Below are positions 28,028-37,533 of a DNA stretch of 64,000 nucleotides, one piece after another. The notes under the pieces are model-generated. The model made no database searches. It was not told the origin of the DNA and saw only the letters and a program-made list of their open reading frames with translations. A program made the position numbers and the translations under genes. The stretch's first letter is position 1. Every line of letters starts with the position of its first letter. Source of the stretch: Syntrophales bacterium (lineage in GTDB: Bacteria > Desulfobacterota > Syntrophia > Syntrophales > UBA2185); the NCBI GenBank assembly GCA_052144335.1, contig JBKQQP010000029.1, forward strand, positions 159,950-223,949, given 5' to 3'.

Positions 28028-29047
28028 ATGGATCATGGCATTATGAATGATGAAAAGGTGGCAATTCTGCTCTTGTCTTTAGAAGAGGAAGTAGCTGCAA
28101 GGGTAATGAAGAATTTTAGCTCTGCGGAGATCGAACGCATTGGCAAGCATATGAGCCGGCTCGACAGTGTGTCTATGGAGGAAGTTAGTAATGTGGCCAA
28201 AGAGTTCTGCGGCTTAGCTAGTCAGAGAGGAGGGGTTCTGCCGGTTCACGGGGACACCCTGCGGAATCTGATTGTTAAGGCCGCGGGAGCAGATATGGCC
28301 CACGATATATTGGTCAATATTGAAAGGACAGCGCCACAGGGCGGATCTTATAATAATCCTTTGATCCAAAAACTGCAGGAAATAGATCCCCAAATACTGA
28401 TCGATTTTACAAAAACTGAACATCCTCAAACGATTGCCCTGATCCTTTCTTATATGGGAACTGAACAAGCGGCAAACGTCCTCGAGGGTCTTTCACCTGA
28501 GCTGCAGAGCGACATTATAAGAAGGATGGCTACTTTAAAAAGTGTTCCGCATGAGTTCATAGCGGATATTGCGAAAACCCTTGAAAAAGAGATCATCGTC
28601 GGTGGCGTGAGCAATCTTCAGCCCGGGGGCGTTACCCTCGTGGCTGACATAATGAACAAGTTGAACCGGGGCACCGAGAATGCCATTATGAAATCACTTG
28701 ATGACAATGTTCCGGAAATTGCGTCTGAGATACGCAAGAAGATGTTCACATTTGAGGACATTCTCAAGTTGGATGATAGGAGTATCCAGGAGTTGCTGAG
28801 GGAGGTATCCACGGAGGATCTGGGGCGCGCACTTAAGGTTGTAGATGAAGAGATGCGAGGTGTTATTTTCAAGAATATGTCCAAGCGCGGTGCGGAAATG
28901 CTGAAAGAGGATATAGAGATGATGCCCCCCATAAGACTGTCGGAGATAGAAAAGAGCCAGAGAATCATTATCGATGCGACGAAGAAATTAGAAGGAGAGG
29001 GCAAGATTGTCATTATCCGCGGCGAGGGGGGCGACCAATTTGTCTGA
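28028..29047 (+). CDS. fliG: Flagellar motor switch protein FliG
   Basis: 339 aa. Contains KVAILLLSLEEEVAA and the C-terminal torque helix region RGAEMLKEDIEMMPPIRLSEIE. Confidence 0.95.
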   Translation: MDHGIMNDEKVAILLLSLEEEVAARVMKNFSSAEIERIGKHMSRLDSVSMEEVSNVAKEFCGLASQRGGVLPVHGDTLRNLIVKAAGADMAHDILVNIERTAPQGGSYNNPLIQKLQEIDPQILIDFTKTEHPQTIALILSYMGTEQAANVLEGLSPELQSDIIRRMATLKSVPHEFIADIAKTLEKEIIVGGVSNLQPGGVTLVADIMNKLNRGTENAIMKSLDDNVPEIASEIRKKMFTFEDILKLDDRSIQELLREVSTEDLGRALKVVDEEMRGVIFKNMSKRGAEMLKEDIEMMPPIRLSEIEKSQRIIIDATKKLEGEGKIVIIRGEGGDQFV

Positions 29048-29714
29048 TAAGGTCATCAAATCTGAAGACATCGATCTGGTGAGTACCGCACTTGGCAAAA
29101 AAAGAGAATTCGTAAGATTCTACTCTAAGGAGAAGGGTGATGTCGGCAGGAGCGGCGGGAAAAAGGGTAGAGCCGGAAATAATTCAATTCATGCCGAGCC
29201 AGCATCGAAGACTGAAAAGGCTGAAAAAGATGCCTATGCCAAAGGATTTACTGAAGGTCTAAGAGCAGGTGCTGAGGGTGAGAGAAGAAGGCTATCTGAG
29301 AGCATGGAGGCCCTTGCAAATTCCATGAGGGAGCTGGATAGATTACGGAATGGATGCTTGGAAGAAAATGAAGAAAAGATTTTGAACCTCGTCTTTTCTG
29401 TGACAGAAAAAGTCATCAACCGCGAGATTTCCACAAGCAGGGACGTAGTCCACGGTGTGCTGAAGAGTGCAATAAAACACGTAGTCGACAAGGATGGGAT
29501 AACGGTCAGACTGAACCCCGAGGATTACCGATATATGATGGAGACAAATCGCGGGATGATTGATGGTTTCGATGAAATAAGGAATATGTCTATTGTGGAG
29601 GACAGCAGTATCAGGCGGGGGGGTGTTGTTATAGATACATCATCTGGCGAAGTGGATGCGACATTGGATCAACAACTTCAGGAAGTCAGGAAAGCCATGT
29701 CCGGCAAGAGATAG
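29007..29714 (+). CDS. fliH: Flagellar export ATPase regulator FliH
   Basis: Lies between fliG and fliI. Charged coiled coil, and a C-terminal RRGGVVIDTSSGEVDATLDQQL. The start is uncertain: TTG at 29007, or TTG at 29040 preceded by a GAGGGGGG RBS. Confidence 0.8.
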   Translation: MSLSAARGATNLSDKVIKSEDIDLVSTALGKKREFVRFYSKEKGDVGRSGGKKGRAGNNSIHAEPASKTEKAEKDAYAKGFTEGLRAGAEGERRRLSESMEALANSMRELDRLRNGCLEENEEKILNLVFSVTEKVINREISTSRDVVHGVLKSAIKHVVDKDGITVRLNPEDYRYMMETNRGMIDGFDEIRNMSIVEDSSIRRGGVVIDTSSGEVDATLDQQLQEVRKAMSGKR

Positions 29715-29735
29715 GGACAGGGAGAGGCACAAAGA

Positions 29736-31070
29736 ATGAATCAGGCAAGAGCCGGCACGCTACTTGATTACGATAGATATCTCAGGTTAATTGCACAGGC
29801 GAACCCTATTAAGGTTTACGGTAAGGTAAGCCAAGTCATTGGTTTAGTTGTGGAAGGCCGTGGTCCCTGTACTTCAATCGGAGAAATGTGTGAAATTCTT
29901 GCGGCCAGCAACGGCGAACCTATCAGTGCCGAAGTTGTAGGTTTCAAGACCGACAAGGTTCTCATGATGCCGCTTGAGGGTATACGCGGAGTGGGACCGG
30001 GCTGCAAGATTGTATCACTTGGGAAGAAGGCAGATGTCAGGGTGGGGAGAGGTCTGTTGGGTCGAGTGATTGACGGCATGGGGAATCCTATTGACGGAAA
30101 GGGGCAGATCGAATTTCAAACAGAATATCCCATTTATTTCAGTCCCATCAATCCGCTACGTAGGAAGAGAGTCACAGAGGTTATGGATCTCGGAATAAGA
30201 TCTATAAATAGTCTGCTTTCCTGCGGGAAGGGACAGAAGATGGGTATTTTCTCAGGATCGGGCGTTGGTAAGAGTGTTCTTTTGGGGATGATGGCCAAGA
30301 ACACCAGGGCAGATGTAAATGTCATAGGCCTCATCGGTGAGAGAGGACGGGAAGTTCGGGAGTTCCTCGAGAAGAATCTCGGTAAAGAAGGTATTGATAG
30401 ATCGGTCATTGTTGTCGCTACATCGGATACACACCCTATCATAAGGATGAGGGCTGCTTACGTAGCGACATCTATTGCAGAGTATTTTCGGGACCAGGGC
30501 AGTGACGTGCTCCTTATGGTTGATTCTCTGACCAGATTTGCAATGGCCCAGCGAGAGGTCGGTCTTTCCATCGGCGAGCCGCCAACAACGAAAGGGTATA
30601 CCCCTTCAGTATTTAGTCTTATGCCGAAGCTACTTGAAAGGGTAGGTGCCGTAGAAGGAAAGGGGAGTATAACAGGTCTTTACGCAATCCTGGTTGAGGG
30701 CAATGACTTTGATGAACCAATAGCTGATGCGGCAAGATCGATTTTGGACGGTCACATTGCGCTGTCCCGCAACCTGGCGGCGAAGAACCATTACCCGGCG
30801 GTGGATGTTCTAAACAGTATCAGCAGGGTCATGATTGATATTGTGGATAAGGAACACAAGACGAAAGCCAATCACATCCTAAATATCCTCGCAACATACA
30901 GGAAAACGGAAGACCTCATAAATATCGGAGCTTATGTTAAGGGAAGCAACCCTGAAGTGGATTATGCGATGGAGATGATTGACAAAGTAAATGCATTTCT
31001 GATGCAGGCGATTGACGAGAAGGTAGGTTTTGCGGAAAGCAGAAGGGATATGTTTAACCTGTTTGCATAG
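29736..31070 (+). CDS. fliI: Flagellum-specific ATP synthase FliI
   Basis: Walker A GSGVGKS, Walker B LLMVDSLTR. F1/T3SS ATPase family length (444 aa). Confidence 0.95.
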   Translation: MNQARAGTLLDYDRYLRLIAQANPIKVYGKVSQVIGLVVEGRGPCTSIGEMCEILAASNGEPISAEVVGFKTDKVLMMPLEGIRGVGPGCKIVSLGKKADVRVGRGLLGRVIDGMGNPIDGKGQIEFQTEYPIYFSPINPLRRKRVTEVMDLGIRSINSLLSCGKGQKMGIFSGSGVGKSVLLGMMAKNTRADVNVIGLIGERGREVREFLEKNLGKEGIDRSVIVVATSDTHPIIRMRAAYVATSIAEYFRDQGSDVLLMVDSLTRFAMAQREVGLSIGEPPTTKGYTPSVFSLMPKLLERVGAVEGKGSITGLYAILVEGNDFDEPIADAARSILDGHIALSRNLAAKNHYPAVDVLNSISRVMIDIVDKEHKTKANHILNILATYRKTEDLINIGAYVKGSNPEVDYAMEMIDKVNAFLMQAIDEKVGFAESRRDMFNLFA

Positions 31071-31081
31071 GTTCGGGCAGT

Positions 31082-31525
31082 ATGTTTCAATTTGATCTGG
31101 AGGAGGTATTACAGTACAGGATACGAATAGAGGAGCAGTGTCAAGTCGCACTGGCCGAAGCAGCAAAACGTCTACAGCACGCCTCGGATGTCTTGGAAGC
31201 GTTGCAAAAGGAAAAAAATGATCTAATTCGGCATTTGGCAAAAATGCAGGAAAAAGCTTTAACTTCGGATGTCATAGCGCGGCACTTTATCTTCATAGAA
31301 TATCTGAAGTCCAAAGAAGAAAAGCAGGAAGCTATTATCACAGAAATAAAAGAGGAAGTGAGTTCTAAGAGGCAGGATCTCCTTGAAGCTGCTAAAAAAA
31401 GGAAGGCGATGGAAGCTCTCCGAGAGAAGAAAAAGGTGGCATACGTCTCTGAAATGGCAGTTAAGGACCGTAAAGAACTGGATGATTTTGCAGTAATCAA
31501 ATTTGGCAGTGGTATGAGAAAATGA
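31082..31525 (+). CDS. fliJ: Flagellar export chaperone/stalk protein FliJ
   Basis: 147-aa coiled-coil protein immediately after fliI. N-terminus FQFDLEEVLQYR is typical of FliJ. Confidence 0.8.
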   Translation: MFQFDLEEVLQYRIRIEEQCQVALAEAAKRLQHASDVLEALQKEKNDLIRHLAKMQEKALTSDVIARHFIFIEYLKSKEEKQEAIITEIKEEVSSKRQDLLEAAKKRKAMEALREKKKVAYVSEMAVKDRKELDDFAVIKFGSGMRK

Positions 31526-32103
31526 AAAAGATAATTATCACTATTGAAATTCTCGTTCTATTTCTGTTTATAGTAAAGATTATTGCCATAGGAGAAATTG
31601 TGAAGAGATCGGAAATTTCCGACTATCTGTTATGGTCCGTCAAGTCCGCACTCGCTGATTCATCGTCACAAGCAAGTGTTGACTCTCCGTCAAGAGATGT
31701 TTCTATAGATACATTGGCTTCAGAAAGAAACCTTATGTCCACCTTGGCGGATAGACGGAGGCAATTAGAAAATAGGGAAAATCTTGTAAAACTTGAGGAA
31801 AAGAAGATCAATTTACTGAGGAACGAGATAGTAGCAAGAATAGAGATGGTCCGGGGTCGAGAAGAGAAAATGACGTCTCCTCAGGAATCTGCTAGACCGG
31901 AAGATAGCACAAGGTTCAAAGAATTGGCCAAGGCGTATGAAGCGACCCCTCCCGATAAGGTCGGCGCCCTATTGAACAAGATGGACAGCAAAACGGCAGC
32001 GGGGATTATCATGCAGATGAAAGTAAAGAAAGCCGGTGCGGTATGGGGACAACTCGATCCGGAGAAGGCCGTAGAAATCACCAAAGCTATCGCCCGTATA
32101 TGA
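31522..32103 (+). CDS. MotE/YlxF-like flagellar protein (MgtE_N-type domain, membrane anchored)
   Basis: ATGA overlap with the fliJ stop. Occupies the same position as ylxF in the Bacillus fla operon. FKELAKAYEATPPDKVGALLNKMDSKTAAGIIMQMKVKKAGAVW is paralogous to the 14208 CDS. Confidence 0.7.
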   Translation: MKKIIITIEILVLFLFIVKIIAIGEIVKRSEISDYLLWSVKSALADSSSQASVDSPSRDVSIDTLASERNLMSTLADRRRQLENRENLVKLEEKKINLLRNEIVARIEMVRGREEKMTSPQESARPEDSTRFKELAKAYEATPPDKVGALLNKMDSKTAAGIIMQMKVKKAGAVWGQLDPEKAVEITKAIARI

Positions 32104-32552
32104 TACATTAAAGCATTCTTTTCATATCATAACAAATTAACTGCGCCTTGGCGGTTGATTGCGCGTCATTTTGCTTCTGTAGAAAAAAAGTAGCCCCGTC
32201 TTCCTTGCACATTATGGCCTTTCCGCGGTTACGTGATGCTGGCACGGCAACCGGAAAGACCATCGCCTAATCATTCTTCAGGCCGCTTCTGAAAGCTCCT
32301 ACCCTGAAAAAAGCCTTCTTGAAAAGAATAATCTACAATACGCTTAGCAGTTTATTCCGCCTGTAAGAGGGAACTTGCAACATGTACTCCCTGTCAGTCC
32401 CGTGAAACGCTCACCGCTTTTTATGGTTATGCAGGTATTTTTTGTCGATGACCTAGCGAGAGGCTGGGCAATATTTGCCTTCTTTGAAACTCTATCAGTT
32501 TTATCTTTCTATAACATATCAAAGTTGTTCATTATTTAATTAGCATATGCCA

Positions 32553-32568
32553 TGGCACATCTCTTGCT
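32553..32568 (+). promoter_or_regulatory. sigma54 -24/-12 promoter candidate (TGGCACATCTCTTGCT)
   Basis: Near-consensus match with exact spacing. It overlaps the ATG (32552) that the ORF track uses as the fliK start. Confidence 0.75.
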
Positions 32569-32599
32569 CAAGCCCACTTTAAAAATGCCAGAGGATAAA

Positions 32600-34168
32600 A
32601 TGGATTCTTCAATACCCCAGGTGACGTTGAAAGGAAGCACGAGCGAGCAATCCGCTGGCCAGAGCTTGGCTTCTGTCAAGAAGAGTGGAAAGGCAAATGG
32701 TAGCCCAACAGGCCCTATCGACCTGATCGGAGGGCTGGGATCATTTGCAAGTTTACTCAGTAATAAAGGCTATGGCGAGAAAGAAGGCGCCGCAGGCCCG
32801 CAGGTGGAATCAGCCGCCGGGAATAATGAGGTCGGGAATGCTTCAATTAGCAGTATTAACGGTAGCAGCCAATCTTTCTTCCTCAATAGAGCAATGGGAC
32901 ATGAAGGAATAGAGGCTATTCCGATCGGAACGGAGATATCATCTGATAAGAATGCTAAGACTTCTTCCGGAGTGCCGATAACAGGGGACGTTTCAGAGGC
33001 TCAGACCAAAGGAAAATGGGATCCCGAAATCTCCGGGAAAACCCAAATCCTCAAGGGTGATGAGATGACGGGTGAAGAAACTGCGGCGAATTTGCCTAAG
33101 GGGTCGTATGCTCAAGAAGAAGAGGCTTTGCGTAGCGGATCAGTTTCAGAATTGGGGAAGAAAATATTATTGAAGCAGGGATCGGGGGGATTTAGCAGTG
33201 CAGAAAAGACGGCTTCAGCGGAAGCAAAGCTCTCTGATGGTGAAGCAAGCAGTGAGTCAGCAGTACTATCAAAAGACTCCTTGGAGGGTAACAGCTTTAC
33301 TGGAAAGAATGCAGCCGATAGAGCAAAAGGCTTTTCTGGCACTGAAACGGAAGATCAGAAATACAGGCACGACCTGGACCCATTGAAGGGATTAGATGTC
33401 ACCGGATCGAGTAACAGCAAAGTTTCGTCGGATCTCAAGGGAAGCGAGATGCTATCGATAAATGAAGACACCCAAAACCCTGCTGATGTTGTGAAAAACA
33501 ATTCGACTTCCGCACATCAGGTACAGGCAGACACTGAGAAGATAGAGAATTATAAGAATCTTTCCACGGCGATTCTTAAATCAGGAAGATCTCTGGAGAA
33601 CGCAGCCAATGACACACAGACAGGCAAGACTGGATCGCCGCTGTCAACGGCACAGACTGATTTATCCATGGTGAATGGTGTTTGGAATGATGTGAGGACA
33701 AGCACGAGTGATAGAATTGCTGCCACTCTTAGTTTCCAGAAAGTTGCGGGTCAAATCATAGACGGGGCCTCGAATATGCTAACGAAAGGTTCCAGCAGGA
33801 TCGTCATCACCTTGGAGCCACCAAATCTTGGTACATTGAACATGGATGTCAGTGTCCAGCATGATAAAGTCAAGATGTCGCTTGTTACAGATAATTACGA
33901 GGTTAAACAGGTTCTGAATTCTAATCTCGACCAATTGAAAACTGCACTGCAAGGCCAGGGGTTAAACATTGACCGCTTGGACGTACTTGTCCATGACAGA
34001 TCATATGGTGGTAATCAGGGGTTTCAGTCGAGTGGCGGTGCCTTATTTGATGATGGGCGGGGAGGAAGCAACGATACAAGAGAGGAACATCCTGCCCATC
34101 AAATATTACAAGCAGGCTGGAATGAATTGAATGAACCATCTTCGGGCAGTATCAGTTTATTTGTATAA
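32600..34168 (+). CDS. fliK: Flagellar hook-length control protein FliK
   Basis: The C-terminal Flg_hook-type domain (RIVITLEPPNLGTLNMDVSVQHDKVKMSLV...LDQLKTALQGQGLNI) follows a long Ser/Gly/Glu-rich ruler. The start is moved to the ATG at 32600 (GAGGA RBS) because 32552 lies inside the promoter. Confidence 0.85.
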   Translation: MDSSIPQVTLKGSTSEQSAGQSLASVKKSGKANGSPTGPIDLIGGLGSFASLLSNKGYGEKEGAAGPQVESAAGNNEVGNASISSINGSSQSFFLNRAMGHEGIEAIPIGTEISSDKNAKTSSGVPITGDVSEAQTKGKWDPEISGKTQILKGDEMTGEETAANLPKGSYAQEEEALRSGSVSELGKKILLKQGSGGFSSAEKTASAEAKLSDGEASSESAVLSKDSLEGNSFTGKNAADRAKGFSGTETEDQKYRHDLDPLKGLDVTGSSNSKVSSDLKGSEMLSINEDTQNPADVVKNNSTSAHQVQADTEKIENYKNLSTAILKSGRSLENAANDTQTGKTGSPLSTAQTDLSMVNGVWNDVRTSTSDRIAATLSFQKVAGQIIDGASNMLTKGSSRIVITLEPPNLGTLNMDVSVQHDKVKMSLVTDNYEVKQVLNSNLDQLKTALQGQGLNIDRLDVLVHDRSYGGNQGFQSSGGALFDDGRGGSNDTREEHPAHQILQAGWNELNEPSSGSISLFV

Positions 34169-34198
34169 CTAATAAATAAAGTAAACGAGGTAAACAGT

Positions 34199-34849
34199 AT
34201 GAGTACAACTACAGTAACAGGTGTCAACAGCGGAACCACGGTTGCCAGTACAGCAAGTAATCAAGTGTTGACGCAGGATGATTTCCTCCAAATGCTGATT
34301 GCCCAGCTTCAAAATCAGGACCCTCTCAATCCTATGTCCGGTACGGATTTTGCCGCCCAACTCGCCCAGTTTTCGAGTCTTGATCAATTAACGGATATAA
34401 ATTCGCAGCTGACCTCTCTGGCATCTACCCTTTCATCCACGAACAGCAGTCAGGTGGTCAGCCTCATCGGAGATCAAGTTGTTGCGAATGGAAGTGCTGT
34501 CACGGTTAGCGGATCCTCAACAACCCTTGCCTATAATTTGGCGCAGAATGCCAAGAGTGGAACCATCCAGATTTATGACAGTAACGGAAATCTAGTAAAC
34601 ACCCTTACATTTGGTCAGGAACAATCAGGTAACAACACTGTGAACTGGAACACCTCGAATGTGACTGCTGGGACATATACATTCAAGGTATCTGCTGTGG
34701 ACAGCAACGGGAATGCCGTGACCGCAACCACGATGATGAGCGGTACTGTGACAGGGGTTACATACCAAAACGGTGTCCCATATCTTTCAGTGAACGGACA
34801 GAATGTCGCTTTAACGGATGTACAGTACATCACTACACAGGGGAATTAG
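34199..34849 (+). CDS. flgD: Flagellar hook assembly/capping protein FlgD
   Basis: Contains QDDFLQMLIAQLQNQDPLNPM...DFAAQLAQFSSL and a C-terminal Ig-like domain. Confidence 0.95.
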   Translation: MSTTTVTGVNSGTTVASTASNQVLTQDDFLQMLIAQLQNQDPLNPMSGTDFAAQLAQFSSLDQLTDINSQLTSLASTLSSTNSSQVVSLIGDQVVANGSAVTVSGSSTTLAYNLAQNAKSGTIQIYDSNGNLVNTLTFGQEQSGNNTVNWNTSNVTAGTYTFKVSAVDSNGNAVTATTMMSGTVTGVTYQNGVPYLSVNGQNVALTDVQYITTQGN

Positions 34850-34963
34850 GGGAATTGAAGTCATAGATTATGGGTTTCAATGATTGGCGTAGGTTATTCA
34901 AAGGCATTCAAATACACTTAAATACACAAAGATTGAGCAAACAAATATAAGGAGGTAATTAAG

Positions 34964-36487
34964 ATGGGAAGTGCATTATACACAGGAATTTCGGGCTTGA
35001 ATGCAAGTTCCACAGAGATGGATGTTATAGCTAACAATATTGCTAACGTCAACACGGTCGGTTTTAAGGCTCAAACAACATTTTTTGCTGATGTCTTGAG
35101 CCAGAGTCTGTCAGGCGGTTCGGGGAATATGCAGGTTGGTCGTGGTGTAGAAGTGTCGGACCTTGAAACTCAGTTCGGCCCCGGTTCTTTTGAGAGCACA
35201 TCAAATGCGACGGATTGCGCCATAAATGGGGATGGATTTTTTATAGTGAACGATAAAAACGGCGCTTCGTATTACACACGGGCAGGATCCTTCACCCTTA
35301 ATACTGACGGCGATCTTGTCGATACGAACGGTTACACGGTTCAAGGTTACAATTTTTTTGGTCCTGATAAAAACGCTATTGCAAACATAGACCTGAGCAA
35401 TGTGCAATCGGCCCCTGTGACGACCACCACCTTCTCCGTTGGCGCAAATCTGGACGCCGAGACAGCGACGGGGGGCACCTTTACGACTACACAGACGGTG
35501 TATGATTCCCTAGGTGATAAGCACACCCTCGGTATCACATATCAAAAGACGGAGGCGAATAATGCGTGGGGTGTTCAGGTCGCCTTAGATGGGGTGGATG
35601 CGACAAAACAAACCTATGACGGCTTCCAGTTTAATAGTTCGGGGGCTCTCACGAAAGTTTATTCAATGACCCCGGGCACAGCGACAGGTGATGGTACTGA
35701 TGTAGTCGCCGGTACCCCGGTATTCAATAACTTGGGAGCATTGTCTGATCAATCTGCCAGTATCGTCCTGACAGAAGGAGCCACTGCCGGAACATGGACA
35801 GTAACAAGCAATGGCGGTTATACCAATATGTCGGTATCGTCAAGTGTAGCAGGTACGGTTAACATTGACCTCTATGGTACGGGCAACACCGATATCACAG
35901 TGCCTTTGACAACAGATAAGGGAAGTGGCACCCTCACTATCACCAAAGGTACTGAAGCTGCTGTTAATCCGGTAGACATTCCCGTTACCTTTGCCGCACT
36001 TCCCAATGGGGCGACTATCGGCAGCGGTAATGTGGTCACGTGGAACATGACCGGGAACTCCGCTTTGCCGATTACGGATTACGCCAGTACGTCCGTCATA
36101 AACTCGCTCGCCAATGATGGCTATGCCTCCGGTCTCTTGCAAAGCGTTTCCGTAAAGTCTGATGGCACAATAAGTGGTTCTTTCACAAATGGGCAAACAG
36201 CAAACGTGGCGCAGCTTGTCCTTGCGAATTTTGCCGCCCCCGAGGGTCTACAAAAGATGGGGTCCAATCTGTTTGGTGAAACGATAAACTCAGGACAGGC
36301 GGTCGTGAACGTCCCCGGCAGTTCTGGAATGGGTACTGTCACGTCAAACAGCCTTGAACAGTCAAATGTCGATATCGCAACGGAATTCATCAATATGATA
36401 ACAGCTCAGAAAGCCTACTCGGCAAATGCCAGGGTCATAACCACTGAAGACCAGATGCTTACGGATCTGATAAATATCAAGAGGTAA
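34964..36487 (+). CDS. flgE: Flagellar hook protein FlgE
   Basis: N-terminus SALYTGISGLNA...DVIANNIANVNTVGFK. C-terminus LEQSNVDIATEFINMITAQKAYSANARVITT. Confidence 0.95.
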   Translation: MGSALYTGISGLNASSTEMDVIANNIANVNTVGFKAQTTFFADVLSQSLSGGSGNMQVGRGVEVSDLETQFGPGSFESTSNATDCAINGDGFFIVNDKNGASYYTRAGSFTLNTDGDLVDTNGYTVQGYNFFGPDKNAIANIDLSNVQSAPVTTTTFSVGANLDAETATGGTFTTTQTVYDSLGDKHTLGITYQKTEANNAWGVQVALDGVDATKQTYDGFQFNSSGALTKVYSMTPGTATGDGTDVVAGTPVFNNLGALSDQSASIVLTEGATAGTWTVTSNGGYTNMSVSSSVAGTVNIDLYGTGNTDITVPLTTDKGSGTLTITKGTEAAVNPVDIPVTFAALPNGATIGSGNVVTWNMTGNSALPITDYASTSVINSLANDGYASGLLQSVSVKSDGTISGSFTNGQTANVAQLVLANFAAPEGLQKMGSNLFGETINSGQAVVNVPGSSGMGTVTSNSLEQSNVDIATEFINMITAQKAYSANARVITTEDQMLTDLINIKR

Positions 36488-36512
36488 TGTAATAGCTTGT
36501 CAATCTGGAAAT

Positions 36513-36548
36513 AAGGGCTGAGGATGCTTCCTCAGCCCTTATTTTTTT
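36513..36548 (+). terminator. Rho-independent terminator after flgE
   Basis: Perfect 12-bp stem AAGGGCTGAGGA/TCCTCAGCCCTT with a 4-nt loop, followed by ATTTTTTT. Confidence 0.85.
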
Positions 36549-36771
36549 GTCAATTTTCTGACTATTTGTCAAAAAACCCTTGTGAAAACATCTGCCGCAA
36601 CTCTTCAAGGATTTAATTTAAAATGAGGCATGGATGCGGCCCACCTTCCAGGTTTGTAAAATATCAGCAATATCAAAGAAATGAATGGTTAATGTAGTCA
36701 GGCTTATACCCTTGCATTTGGAGCCGTGCGTCGGGCTTTCATCCGGCCGTGAGCATCCTGTTTCATCCGTC

Positions 36772-36787
36772 TGGTATATTATTTGCT
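36772..36787 (+). promoter_or_regulatory. sigma54 -24/-12 promoter candidate (TGGTATATTATTTGCT)
   Basis: Exact spacing, 75 nt upstream of the fliL ATG and downstream of the flgE terminator. Confidence 0.7.
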
Positions 36788-36861
36788 ACTACAGTTAATG
36801 AAGATTTAACGTAAAGGTGTTTCAGGTATGTATAAAATTTTATTATGATTACGAGGGGGCG

Positions 36862-37347
36862 ATGGCAAGAGAAGAAAAGGACGAGCAGGCCGTAGAGGAT
36901 GTTCCACAAAAGAAAAAATTACCTCTTAAGAAACTTATTCTTATAGGTGTTGCCGCACTGATAGTGGTGGCTGGCGGTACTGCAGGGACTATCTATTATA
37001 AAAAGATGTCCGAAAAGAAAGAGCAGGTGCAGCAGCAGGCGCCGGTGGGAGCCGTGTGGCCCATGGAGCCTTTTATAGTGAATATATTAGATCAGGGTGC
37101 CGATCGCTATTTGAAGATTATTATAGAGCTCGACATTTCGGATAAAAACTGTATCCCCGAATTGAATCAGTTAAAGCCAAAACTCAGGGACAACATTTTG
37201 GATCTTCTCTCATCAAAATCCTATAAAGATATTGTTGATGTTAATGGTAAGCAGCACCTGCGAGACGAGATAATGATGCGGCTCAATACCTTTTTGACAG
37301 GAGGGAAAATAGTCAAGGTTTACTTCACGGAGTTCGTTGTGCAGTAG
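36862..37347 (+). CDS. fliL: Flagellar basal body-associated protein FliL
   Basis: The ATG at 36862 has a GAGGGGG RBS. Single TM helix. Contains PFIVNILDQGADRYLKIIIELD and C-terminal KVYFTEFVVQ. Confidence 0.9.
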   Translation: MAREEKDEQAVEDVPQKKKLPLKKLILIGVAALIVVAGGTAGTIYYKKMSEKKEQVQQQAPVGAVWPMEPFIVNILDQGADRYLKIIIELDISDKNCIPELNQLKPKLRDNILDLLSSKSYKDIVDVNGKQHLRDEIMMRLNTFLTGGKIVKVYFTEFVVQ

Positions 37348-37533
37348 TTAATACCAAGGACTATGATGATACATTGTAGGCATGTTTCTGACGCAAGAGC
37401 ATGAAGAAGAAACGTGGCGTGATTTGAGGTTGAGTTCTTCAAGAAGAGATTTTCTAATAAAGACTCAATTACAAAAAAACCGATCGAAGACAGCCCATCA
37501 TTCAGGAAACAAGGTGCAATAAAGGATTTTCTT

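Noticed and set aside
32240-32255. TGGCAC (-24-like) in the ylxF-fliK spacer.
   Set aside because: The position where the -12 GC should fall reads GG (TGGCACGGCAACCGGA). A near-consensus promoter lies 300 nt downstream.
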